Source of the DNA: an uncultured Anaerolineales bacterium
Lineage (GTDB): Bacteria; Chloroflexota; Anaerolineae; UBA1429
Length of the DNA stretch: 34,251 nucleotides
Assembly (NCBI GenBank): GCA_964624695.1
Contig: CAZUZB010000005.1
Span: forward strand, 1-34,251
Direction: 5' to 3'
Below the pieces are notes generated by a model, which was not told where the DNA came from, did no database searches, and was given only the letters and a program-made list of their open reading frames with translations. The translations under genes were made by a program, and so were the position numbers. Below, piece after piece: positions 1 through 7,756 of the stretch; the first letter of the stretch is position 1, and every line of letters starts with the position of its first letter.

Positions 1-1088
1 GGCGCGAGGGTGCGGTGTGACGAGCTGGCCGGATGCAGCGCCAGGCTCATCACATCGCCCAGGGTGGGCGCCGGCTGCACCAGGCGTAGCGCATCCAGAA
101 AAGCGAACGCCTCCACCCGCCCCGCGTCCCGCAGCTCAAAGGCCACCACGCCGCCGTAACCGCGCCCCTCGAACTGGCGGCTAGCGAGAGCGTGTTGCGG
201 ATGACTGCTCAACCCCGGATAGTGCACCCGTGCCACGCCGGGTTGGGTCTCCAGCCAGGAGGCCACCCGCTGTGCGTTGGCGCACTGCTCGCGCATGCGC
301 AACGCCAAGGTCATCAGCCCCCGCCGCACCTTCCACGCCTCCTGCGGGGCCAGGCTCGGACCCATCAACCGGCGGGTGGCGTCGAGGGCCGCAGCCCGCT
401 CCGCCGAACACGCCACCACTCCCGCCAGGGCATCGCCATGCCCCGCCAGGTACTTGGTCGCCGAGGCCATCGCATAGTCGGCGCCCAGCTCCAGCGGGCG
501 GGTCAGCCAGGGGCTGGCAAAGGTGCTATCCACGATCAACGTGGCATCCGCCTGGTGCGCCAGATCGGCCAGAGCGCCCACATCAGCCACCCGCAACAAC
601 GGATTGGAGATGGCCTCGCAGAACAACGCCGCCGGGCGGACCTGCCGTAGCGCATCGGCTACAGTCTTCAGGTCGTTGACGTCCACGTATGCGACGCCAA
701 CCCCCTGAGGCGCCATGACGCCATCGATGAGGCCTCGGGTGGCTCCGTATACGTCGGCCGCGCATACCAGCCCCCGCGCGGCCCCAACGCCCGCGCCCAA
801 CAGCGCGCCATGCACCGCCGCCATGCCGCTGGCATAGGCTACCGCTGCCTCGGCCCCCTCGAGAGCCGCCACTGCCTTCTCCAGAGCCACCACCGTCGGG
901 TTGGCATAGCGGCCGTAGGTATAGCCCTGCTCCCGCCCATCAAAAACGGCGTCGAGATCGGCCATACGCGGATACGAGTAGCTCACGCTGTGATGCACCG
1001 GCGGCGCGGTCGCACGCCACCCCTCTCCAGCGCCATCCGCCCGGATCCCCGCATGGACGGCCAATGTCGCCAGCTTGATGCGTGGCAT
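1..1088 (-). CDS. Cys/Met-metabolism PLP-dependent enzyme (cystathionine gamma-synthase / gamma-lyase / O-acylhomoserine sulfhydrylase family), 3'-partial (C-terminus runs off the window start)
   Basis: Absent from the ORF track because no stop codon lies in the window. My reverse-strand translation from ATG 1088..1086 stays open to position 3: MPRIKLATLAVHAGIRADG...GYTYGRYANPTVVALEKAVAALEG...STFASPWLTRPLELGADYAMASATKYLAGHGD... The SATKYLAGHG stretch is the PLP-lysine signature of this family; the Lys codon at 453..455 is in frame with the ATG. An AAAGGAG Shine-Dalgarno lies at 1093..1099, 4 nt upstream of the ATG. Confidence 0.8.
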   Translation of the reverse strand, partial: MPRIKLATLAVHAGIRADGAGEGWRATAPPVHHSVSYSYPRMADLDAVFDGREQGYTYGRYANPTVVALEKAVAALEGAEAAVAYASGMAAVHGALLGAGVGAARGLVCAADVYGATRGLIDGVMAPQGVGVAYVDVNDLKTVADALRQVRPAALFCEAISNPLLRVADVGALADLAHQADATLIVDSTFASPWLTRPLELGADYAMASATKYLAGHGDALAGVVACSAERAAALDATRRLMGPSLAPQEAWKVRRGLMTLALRMREQCANAQRVASWLETQPGVARVHYPGLSSHPQHALASRQFEGRGYGGVVAFELRDAGRVEAFAFLDALRLVQPAPTLGDVMSLALHPASSSHRTLA

Positions 1089-1160
1089 CGCGCTCCTTTC
1101 TGCGAGATAGCACCCGTAGAGTAGAGCGAATCCAGTCCTCTGGCAACCAACGCAACACGC

Positions 1161-1192
1161 AAAAACGCACAGAGGCCCGTGAGCCTCTGCGC
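1161..1192 (-). terminator. Rho-independent terminator downstream of the deacetylase gene
   Basis: The minus strand reads GCGCAGAGGC-TCACGG-GCCTCTGTGC followed directly by GTTTTT. That is a 10-bp stem (one G.U pair), a 6-nt loop and a U-tract, about 50 nt after the stop at 1244. Confidence 0.65.
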
Positions 1193-1243
1193 GCTGCCAT
1201 CGGCGCTGGTGCGGGCAGTTTCCGACGCCCGCCCAACGTTTCG

Positions 1244-2662
1244 CTAGTCTAGAGGGATCGCCTCGAACCGGTATCCCCGCGCCGAGAGATTCTCCAGCAT
1301 GATCTCGAGCGCTCCCACGGTCTCGCCCCGGTTCCCACCCCCATCGTGCAGCACGACGATCCGTCCCGGGGCGGCCTGGTGGATCACGGCTGCGGCGATG
1401 GCCTCGGCCCCGTCAGCCATCCAGTCACGTGGGTCAATGTCCCACAAGATCACACGCAGGCCGAGCTCTTCCACAACAGCACGGGAAGCATCATCGATGA
1501 CACCATAGGGCGGGCGCAAGCACGGGCTGGCGACTCCCCCAAGGGCTTCGTCCGTGCGCCAGATCTGCTCCATCAGCTCGTCGCGCTCCACCCCCACGAG
1601 CAGCGGGTGGTCCCAGCTATGATGGCCGATGACGTGGCCGGCGGCCACGATCGTCTGTACGAGATCCGGGTTCTTGGCTGCCTCTTGGCCGAGCGCAAAA
1701 AAGGTGGCTTTGGCATCGTAACGATCGAGGACAGCGAGGATCCGAGGCGTCCATATACGATTGGGGCCATCGTCAAAGGTGAGATAGAGCACCTTGTCGG
1801 CCGTCGCGTCCTCGGGCATGGGCGCCACCGCTAACGCACCGTCCTGGGGCTGCTCATCCAAAGCTACCGATGGCGCCTCGTTCCTATCGGGGATTTGGCG
1901 CTCGCCGCCTGGAGACGGTGCCGACTCGGCCATGGGCGCCTGGCTGTCCAGCGCGGCGTCGATCACCCAGGTAGCCTCGTTGGCCAAGGATTCGGTGGAA
2001 ACAGCTGACCATGATCGGGAAGCCACCGCGCCAGTGGATCGCGGCCCACTTTCCACTGCCTGCATCAGCGTCGACACATTGGGCGTGGGCGTCGGTTCGG
2101 GGTCAGGCGCCATGGCGGCGGCTGTGTCGCTGGCGCCCCATCCCTGCAGACCGATCAGCCCAGTGTTCAGCGTCGAGACCAGCGCCAGCCCGGCCAGAAG
2201 CAACCGTGTCCGCCCGAACAGACCCCTGCCCTTGCCAGAACGCTCCTCCTGGTCCGCCTTGGGCGCTTCGGCCTCGTCTGCAGCCTCATCATCCGCCGCC
2301 TCAGGAACCGTGGAGGCGGCCCGCTCAGCGCGGCGCGCGCGCCCGGGGTTACGCGTGATCTCGATCCCTTCCTCGGGATGCTCTGCGACCCACCGCCGCA
2401 GTGCTTGGGCGACCAGCGCGTCCATGGCCTCCGGCAAGTCGTCGGTGGTCCCGCCAGCGCCTAGCGCCTCCACCAAGGTGGGCTTCACGATGAGGCGCAC
2501 CGCTGGGGCCAGCAACTCGGCCATCAGCTCGGGCTCTTGCGCGATTCGTTCGCGCAGCACCTCATCGATTAACGGGAGCAGGGCCTCTTTCAGGTACTCG
2601 GGCGCGAGCAGGATGCGCCGAAGCTCGTTGAGCGCTTCCCTGGAGTAGCTATCAGCCGCCAT
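1244..2662 (-). CDS. Membrane-anchored polysaccharide deacetylase (CE4 / NodB homology domain) with a long N-terminal cytoplasmic helical region
   Basis: 472-aa ORF. All five CE4 motifs are readable in the C-terminal 200 aa: LTFDDGP, GHHSWDHP, RPPYG, ILWDIDPRDW and IVVLHDGG. One hydrophobic span (LLLAGLALVSTLNTGLIGL) lies near aa 155-175 and is followed by a Pro/Ala/Ser-rich linker. ATG at 2660..2662 with AAGGAA 6 nt upstream. The upstream gene stops 3 nt before this start. Confidence 0.9.
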   Translation of the reverse strand: MAADSYSREALNELRRILLAPEYLKEALLPLIDEVLRERIAQEPELMAELLAPAVRLIVKPTLVEALGAGGTTDDLPEAMDALVAQALRRWVAEHPEEGIEITRNPGRARRAERAASTVPEAADDEAADEAEAPKADQEERSGKGRGLFGRTRLLLAGLALVSTLNTGLIGLQGWGASDTAAAMAPDPEPTPTPNVSTLMQAVESGPRSTGAVASRSWSAVSTESLANEATWVIDAALDSQAPMAESAPSPGGERQIPDRNEAPSVALDEQPQDGALAVAPMPEDATADKVLYLTFDDGPNRIWTPRILAVLDRYDAKATFFALGQEAAKNPDLVQTIVAAGHVIGHHSWDHPLLVGVERDELMEQIWRTDEALGGVASPCLRPPYGVIDDASRAVVEELGLRVILWDIDPRDWMADGAEAIAAAVIHQAAPGRIVVLHDGGGNRGETVGALEIMLENLSARGYRFEAIPLD

Positions 2663-2665
2663 GGC

Positions 2666-3451
2666 CTATTCCTTGGTTGGCTCCACCAAACTGGCGAGAA
2701 TGTCCGTTGTGGCGTCTCCGGTCTCCATGCGTGTTGCGATCTCTAGGAACACGGCCGCCAGAGAGCGACGGTCGAGCTTTTGGCCATTCAGCTTGTCGGT
2801 CACCTGGCGCAGCTCGGCCTTGATCTCGTCCTCGGCTTGGCGCTTTTCACGCTTGACCGTCTCGATGCCACGCTCGTACTGATCCCGGTACTGGTCGATA
2901 AGCGACCGCAGCGAGTGCAAGTCATGGCTCTGGCGAGTTTGAGCAGCCTGAAGCTCACTCACCTGCTCCGCCAAGCTCTGCACCACGATCTGTAGCTGAC
3001 GTGACTGTGCCACTACCTGCTGAATCAGGGGCGCTTGCGAACGAACCTGCTCCAAGCTACGGGAGAGCTCTTCGTAGGATTGCTTGATCCCGCGCTCTAC
3101 GCCTGCGACGCGCTCCCTCTGAGCCTCTTGCAACTCATCGAGGCCGTCCAATGCTTGACGCATGTCATTGGCAATCCGGTCGTTATCGCGGCGCAGATCC
3201 GAGAACCGCCGCTCGTACTCTTCCATCTTGGTGCCAAAGAGCGCGTCGCGGAGCCGCTTTACCTCGGCATCGCGAATGGGCTGGCGAGGTTGATCCCCTC
3301 CACCCATGATGAGCTGCCGCACCCGCTCGAGGTCATCATGCTCCTCGGCTGGCCCCGTCTCGTGCGATGGCGGAGCTGACGGCTTGGTCACGGCCACGTC
3401 CTGACCCGCCGTTGCCTCTGCCTTTTTGCCAGTCTCTTCCCTGTCCGTCAT
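2666..3451 (-). CDS. Hypothetical coiled-coil protein (no recognised family)
   Basis: 261-aa ORF, Glu/Gln/Arg/Leu-rich with a heptad-like character through aa 60-230 (e.g. ...LDGLDELQEAQRERVAGVERGIKQSYEELSRSLEQVRSQ...SLAEQVSELQAAQTRQSHDLHSLRSLIDQYRDQYERGIETVKREKRQAEDEIKAELRQV). No TM segment. A perfect AGGAGG (3456..3461) sits 4 nt upstream of ATG 3451. The gene is tightly coupled to the deacetylase gene. Confidence 0.75.
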   Translation of the reverse strand: MTDREETGKKAEATAGQDVAVTKPSAPPSHETGPAEEHDDLERVRQLIMGGGDQPRQPIRDAEVKRLRDALFGTKMEEYERRFSDLRRDNDRIANDMRQALDGLDELQEAQRERVAGVERGIKQSYEELSRSLEQVRSQAPLIQQVVAQSRQLQIVVQSLAEQVSELQAAQTRQSHDLHSLRSLIDQYRDQYERGIETVKREKRQAEDEIKAELRQVTDKLNGQKLDRRSLAAVFLEIATRMETGDATTDILASLVEPTKE

Positions 3452-3571
3452 CGATCCTCCTGTGTCTAGGTGCTAGGTAGAAGGTATATCTCCACCCGGA
3501 CCATGCTCCCAGCTATTCCCCCGTCCTGTCGTTTCTGTTACCGACCCATCAGACGGCAACCTCTGTGACCA

Positions 3572-3580
3572 AGTATACCA
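3572..3580 (-). promoter_or_regulatory. Candidate extended -10 element (TGGTATACT) for the coiled-coil/deacetylase operon
   Basis: The minus strand reads TGGTATACT (TGnTATAcT) in the lower-G+C intergenic region. No convincing -35 is present. It would give a leader of about 110 nt. Confidence 0.3.
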
Positions 3581-3724
3581 AAGCCGCCGCACGCCTTGGG
3601 TGAAAGTTCCGTCAATATCTCGTCAAACTAGCGTAAAGCACACGTCGGGGAGCGGCCAAAGGCGCCCTACCCAGGCCGATCCCGATCCATAGCAAGGCAC
3701 GCTCCCGCCAGTCCGTCACTCACC

Positions 3725-3753
3725 TTGACCCACCCCCCGGCGGCCAGTATGAT
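3725..3753 (+). promoter_or_regulatory. Sigma-70-type promoter for the beta-mannosidase unit
   Basis: TTGACC (3725..3730), a 17-nt spacer, then TATGAT (3748..3753). It lies about 55 nt upstream of the ATG at 3808, in the divergent intergenic region. Confidence 0.55.
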
Positions 3754-3807
3754 CACGCTAGACGATTTGGGGCGATGAGCAGCCCTCATGCAAGGAGCGT
3801 AGACACG

Positions 3808-6288
3808 ATGGTCAACAAGATATCCCTCGACGGCACCTGGCAGTTTCGGGAGGCCGACAGCGATGCGTGGCAGCCCGGGCAGGTGCCCGGCTGCGTGCAG
3901 ATGGACCTGATGGCCCTGGACCAACTGCCCGACCCGTTCTACCGCACCAACGAGGTTGAAACGATCAAGCTCGAACACAAGAACTGGGTCTACCGACGCG
4001 CCTTTGATCTGGACCACGAGACAGTGGAAGCTGATATGGTGGAGCTGGTGTTCGAGGGTGTCGATACCATCGCCGAGATCTACCTGAACGACACCTACCT
4101 GGCCCAGATCGAGAACATGTTCATGCCGTTCCGCTTTGACGTGACGGATCTGCTCCGGATAGGCGAGAACGAGCTGACGGTGCGGCTGCTCTCTCCCGTC
4201 GACCTCCCCCTGGCCCTGCAGCGCAACAGCGGCCTCAAGCTCACCGCCACCAGCGATCAGGCCCGCAACTATATCCGCAAGGCGCAATACAGCTACGGCT
4301 GGGACTGGGGACCACGCATCGCCCAGGTGGGCATCTGGCGCTCTGTGTACCTGGACGTCTCCGACCGAGCGCGGCTATACGACCCTTATGTGCGCACCGA
4401 GGCCATCTCCAAGGATGCAGCCCTCGTGCGCGCTTCCGTAAGCGTGGATCTCTGCGCTTGCACCGAGGCCGACTTGGAATTCGCCATCAGCCGGGACGGA
4501 CAGCTTGTGTCACAGGGGAGCGTGGTGAGCGCCCCCACACCCGAGGGCGCCGGCGGCGAGCTGCTGCTGAGCATCCCCCAGCCCGAGCTGTGGTGGCCCA
4601 GCGGCATGGGCACGCAACCGCTCTACGATCTCACGGTTCGGGCGCTGGTCGATGGCGACGTCGTCGATGAGGTGACCGCGCGTTTTGGCGTCCGCACTGT
4701 AAGCCTGCTCCAAGAGGCCGACGCTGAAGGGCGGAGCTTTGTCCTGGCCATCAACGGCGTGCGCGTGTTCTGCAAGGGCGCCAACTGGATCCCGGCCGAC
4801 AGCCTGCTCCCGCGCGTCACCGCCCAAGACTATGAGGAGCTGATCCAACTGGCGGCCGATGCCAACATGAACATGCTGCGCATCTGGGGTGGCGGCATCT
4901 ATGAGGATCCTGCCTTTTACCAAGTTTGTGACAAGCTGGGCATCATGGTCTGGCAGGACTTCATGTACGCCTGCGCCCAGTACCCCGACGAGCTGGATTG
5001 GTTCGCCGACCTGGCCGAGGACGAGGCGCGGGCTGTGGTCGCGTCGCTGCGCAATCACCCCAGCATCGTGCTCTGGTGCGGCAACAACGAGAACAACTGG
5101 GGCTTTGCCGATTGGTGGCACACCGGCGTACCCAAGTTCGAGGGGAACTATATCTACCGCGAGATCCTGCCCCAGGTGTGCGCCGAGCTCGACCCCTCAC
5201 GCCCCTACTGGGTCTCCAGCCCCTATGGCGGCGATTCGCCCAACGGCATGGAAGAGGGCGACCGCCACTCGTGGGACGTCTGGAGCGGCTGGCGCGACTA
5301 TGCCGGCTATCTCCAGGATACCGGCCGGTTCATCAGCGAGTTTGGCTTCCAGGCCATGCCCTGCTGGAAGACCGTCCTCTCCTACACCGAGCCCGAGGAT
5401 CGCCGGCTCTTTTCTCCGGTGATGATGAGCCATCAAAAGATGGTCGATGGCAACGAGCGGCTGCTCCGCTTCCTCGCAGGGCGCATCGGCCTGCCCAAGG
5501 ACCTGCAGAGCTTTGTGTACCTGACCCAGTTCAACCAGGCCGAGGCCATCCGCACGGGCGTGGAGCACTGGCGCGAGCGCAAGTTCAGGACCAGCGGCGC
5601 CCTCTACTGGCAGTTCAACGACTGCTGGCCGGTGGCGAGCTGGGCCTGCCTGGACTATTACCGCCGCAAAAAGGCGCTCTGGTACGCCAGCCGCCGCTTC
5701 TATGCCGACGTGCTCCCGATCCTGCGCTTCGAGAACGACACCGTGACGCTATCGGCCGACAGTGATCGGCTGGAGGAAGCGACCGGCCAGGCCACGGTGA
5801 TCGCCTACGACCTCAAGGGATCTGTGCGAGCGCAGCACACCGTAGAGGTGAGCCTGTTGGCCAACGCCGTCACCCCACTCAGAACCTTCTCGCTCAGCGA
5901 GCTGGGCATCGGCTACCAACCGCGCGTCCTGCCAGAGGATCGCGGCTCGACCACCGTTCCCGTAGAGCGCAATGGCGACCTGCTGGACACCGTCGTCTAC
6001 GTTCACCTCAAGATCGGCGACCGCACCTATACCAACCATCTGGTCTTTGACCGCTTCCGTTGGCTGGAGCTGCAACCTCCCACCATCACGGTGGAGCGCG
6101 ACGGCGAGACCATCACCCTGACCAGCGACGTGCCCGCCTTTGGCGTGTTCGTCGAGACAGAGCAGGATGTGGACCTCTCGGATAACGGCCTGACGCTCCA
6201 ACCCGGCGTGCCGGTCACCCTAACGTGCGACGGCGACCCGGGCGAGGTCAGCGTCTTCGACCTGACCAGTCTGGTTGCCCAGATCTGA
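3808..6288 (+). CDS. Glycoside hydrolase family 2 beta-mannosidase-like enzyme (cytoplasmic, no signal peptide seen)
   Basis: The track ORF is 3775..6288. I prefer the in-frame ATG at 3808 (MVNKISLDGTWQFREAD...) because AAGGAG (3792..3797) precedes it and the predicted promoter would leave almost no leader for 3775. GH2 mannosidase hallmarks: QYSYGWDWGP, VLWCGNNENNW (acid/base Glu region) and FISEFGFQAMP (nucleophile Glu region). Confidence 0.9.
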   Translation: MVNKISLDGTWQFREADSDAWQPGQVPGCVQMDLMALDQLPDPFYRTNEVETIKLEHKNWVYRRAFDLDHETVEADMVELVFEGVDTIAEIYLNDTYLAQIENMFMPFRFDVTDLLRIGENELTVRLLSPVDLPLALQRNSGLKLTATSDQARNYIRKAQYSYGWDWGPRIAQVGIWRSVYLDVSDRARLYDPYVRTEAISKDAALVRASVSVDLCACTEADLEFAISRDGQLVSQGSVVSAPTPEGAGGELLLSIPQPELWWPSGMGTQPLYDLTVRALVDGDVVDEVTARFGVRTVSLLQEADAEGRSFVLAINGVRVFCKGANWIPADSLLPRVTAQDYEELIQLAADANMNMLRIWGGGIYEDPAFYQVCDKLGIMVWQDFMYACAQYPDELDWFADLAEDEARAVVASLRNHPSIVLWCGNNENNWGFADWWHTGVPKFEGNYIYREILPQVCAELDPSRPYWVSSPYGGDSPNGMEEGDRHSWDVWSGWRDYAGYLQDTGRFISEFGFQAMPCWKTVLSYTEPEDRRLFSPVMMSHQKMVDGNERLLRFLAGRIGLPKDLQSFVYLTQFNQAEAIRTGVEHWRERKFRTSGALYWQFNDCWPVASWACLDYYRRKKALWYASRRFYADVLPILRFENDTVTLSADSDRLEEATGQATVIAYDLKGSVRAQHTVEVSLLANAVTPLRTFSLSELGIGYQPRVLPEDRGSTTVPVERNGDLLDTVVYVHLKIGDRTYTNHLVFDRFRWLELQPPTITVERDGETITLTSDVPAFGVFVETEQDVDLSDNGLTLQPGVPVTLTCDGDPGEVSVFDLTSLVAQI

Positions 6289-6302
6289 ACGCAACGCTTG
6301 CT

Positions 6303-6330
6303 GCGGGGAGGTGGTTGCCCGCCTCCCCGC
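6303..6330 (+). terminator. Strong GC hairpin between the mannosidase and nitroreductase genes (terminator or attenuator-like, no U-tract)
   Basis: GCGGGGAGGTGG-TTGC-CCGCCTCCCCGC forms a 12-bp stem (one G.U pair) with a 4-nt loop, 15 nt after the stop at 6288. It is followed by GACGATGGTAGGAG rather than a T-run. Confidence 0.45.
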
Positions 6331-6351
6331 GACGATGGTAGGAGCTGAACC

Positions 6352-6873
6352 ATGCCCCAACTGACCATCCCGAACCTGTTTGCCCGCCGCAGCATCCGCC
6401 AGTTCACCGCCGAGCCCGTCACCGAGGACCAGATTCGAACTCTGCTAGAGGCTGCCATGGCCGCGCCATCGGCCGGCAACCGCAAGCCGTGGCATTTCGT
6501 GGTGGTGACCGATGCCGAGGCCCGCGCCAAGCTGGCGGCGGATCATCCCTATGCCAAGATGGTCGCTCAGGCGCCGGTGTGCATCGTGCCCTGTGGCGAG
6601 CCCGCCTCCAGCTACCCTGGGCGCGAGGCCTACTGGATCCAGGATTGCGCCGCCGCCACCGAGAATATCCTGCTGGCCGCCACAGCCCTCGGCCTGGGAG
6701 CTGTTTGGTGCGGCGTGCACCCCATCCCAGAGCGAGAGGCCTCCGCCCGCAGGTTGCTTGGCATTCCAGAGCAAGTGATCCCCTTTGCGTACATCGCCAT
6801 TGGCCATCCCGCCGAGCACAAGGAGCCTCGCACCCAGTACGACGCGGCCCGCGTGCACCACGAACGTTGGTAG
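6352..6873 (+). CDS. Nitroreductase family protein
   Basis: 173-aa ORF. The N-terminal signature NLFARRSIRQFTAEPVTEDQIRTLLEAAMAAPSAGNRKPWHFVVV is typical of the FMN nitroreductase fold. GGAG lies 7 nt upstream of the ATG. Confidence 0.9.
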   Translation: MPQLTIPNLFARRSIRQFTAEPVTEDQIRTLLEAAMAAPSAGNRKPWHFVVVTDAEARAKLAADHPYAKMVAQAPVCIVPCGEPASSYPGREAYWIQDCAAATENILLAATALGLGAVWCGVHPIPEREASARRLLGIPEQVIPFAYIAIGHPAEHKEPRTQYDAARVHHERW

Positions 6874-6888
6874 ACAAGAGGAGACCTC

Positions 6889-7689
6889 ATGCGACAGTTC
6901 CTGCAAGAGAACCCCGTTAGGGTCAAGCTCGCCCGCGGCAAGCCTGCCGTCGGCGGTTGGGTCACCTTTTGCTCGGCCGAGGCGGCCGAGGCCCTGGCCA
7001 CCATCGGCTTTGACTGGGTCTCCGTCGACGTGGAACACAGCCCCGTCGGCTTTGAGACCCTGACCAACTGCTTCCGCGCCATCCAGTTGGCCGGCAGCGT
7101 CCCCATGGCCCGGGTGCCGTGGAACGACACCGTCTGGATCCAGCGAACCCTGGATGCCGGCGCCATGGGCCTGATCATCCCCATGGTGAACACAGCCGAG
7201 GATGCCGCCCATGCCGTCTCTGACACCCAATACGCCACCCGCGGCCGGCGTAGCTGTGGCGGCAGCCGTCTGCGCCCCTATGTGCGGGAGCGGTGGGAGG
7301 ACTGGTCGGGCCGCAACATCCTCTGCATCCCCATGATCGAGACCATCGAGGCCGTCGAGAACGTGGAAGAGATCCTCTCGGTGGAGGGCGTGGCAGCCTG
7401 CTTTGTGGGGCCGCGCGATCTGGCCCTTTCCATGGGCATCGATGACAGCGACACCGGCCCCGGCACCGAGCACGAGGCCGCCATCATGCGCGTGCTGGAG
7501 GCGGGGCGCCGCTTGGGCGTGCCCGTGGGCAAGCACTGCTTTGACGCCGCCGAAGTCCGCCTGCGCATCGAACAGGGCTGGCAGTTCCTGGCCCTGGCCA
7601 GCGATGTCCGCTTTATGCAGGCCGCTGCCCAGGCCGCGCTCAGCTCGCTGAACCTGGCCGACGAGGCCGAGTCGAAAGACCTTTACTAG
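6889..7689 (+). CDS. HpcH/HpaI family aldolase (2-keto-3-deoxy-sugar-acid / 2,4-dihydroxyhept-2-enedioate aldolase-like)
   Basis: 266-aa ORF with GFDWVSVDVEHSP, ARVPWND..IQRTLDAGAMGLIIPMVNTAEDA and IPMIETIEAVENVEEI. GAGGAG lies 5 nt upstream of the ATG. The gene starts 15 nt after the nitroreductase stop. Confidence 0.9.
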   Translation: MRQFLQENPVRVKLARGKPAVGGWVTFCSAEAAEALATIGFDWVSVDVEHSPVGFETLTNCFRAIQLAGSVPMARVPWNDTVWIQRTLDAGAMGLIIPMVNTAEDAAHAVSDTQYATRGRRSCGGSRLRPYVRERWEDWSGRNILCIPMIETIEAVENVEEILSVEGVAACFVGPRDLALSMGIDDSDTGPGTEHEAAIMRVLEAGRRLGVPVGKHCFDAAEVRLRIEQGWQFLALASDVRFMQAAAQAALSSLNLADEAESKDLY

Positions 7690-7707
7690 AGCAGGCCACA
7701 AACGCGC

Positions 7708-7734
7708 AAGGGCGGGGATCGGATCCCCGCCCTT
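7708..7734. terminator. Palindromic hairpin between convergent genes (bidirectional terminator candidate)
   Basis: AAGGGCGGGGAT-CGG-ATCCCCGCCCTT is a near-perfect 12-bp inverted repeat. It lies between the aldolase stop (7689, +) and the oxidoreductase stop (7757, -). The minus-strand reading is followed by GCGCGTTTGTGG. Confidence 0.6.
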
Positions 7735-7756
7735 GATGCTTCCTATGACGATGTCC

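Noticed and set aside
1794-2648. 284-aa plus-strand Ser/Ala-rich ORF opposite the deacetylase gene
   Set aside because: It is antisense to an ORF with all five CE4 motifs, and it is low-complexity Ser/Ala/Arg.
3775-3807. Upstream ATG at 3775 as the start of the beta-mannosidase
   Set aside because: The predicted -10 (3748-3753) would leave a leader of only about 14 nt with no SD. The in-frame ATG at 3808 has AAGGAG upstream, and the product then begins close to the conserved N-terminal beta-sandwich. Kept as a possible alternative.
6445-7701. 418-aa minus-strand ORF spanning the nitroreductase and aldolase genes
   Set aside because: It is antisense to two ORFs with clear family motifs and good Shine-Dalgarno sites. 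Its translation is a Gly/Ala/His/Leu-rich string with no recognisable motif, which is a typical long shadow ORF in high-G+C DNA.
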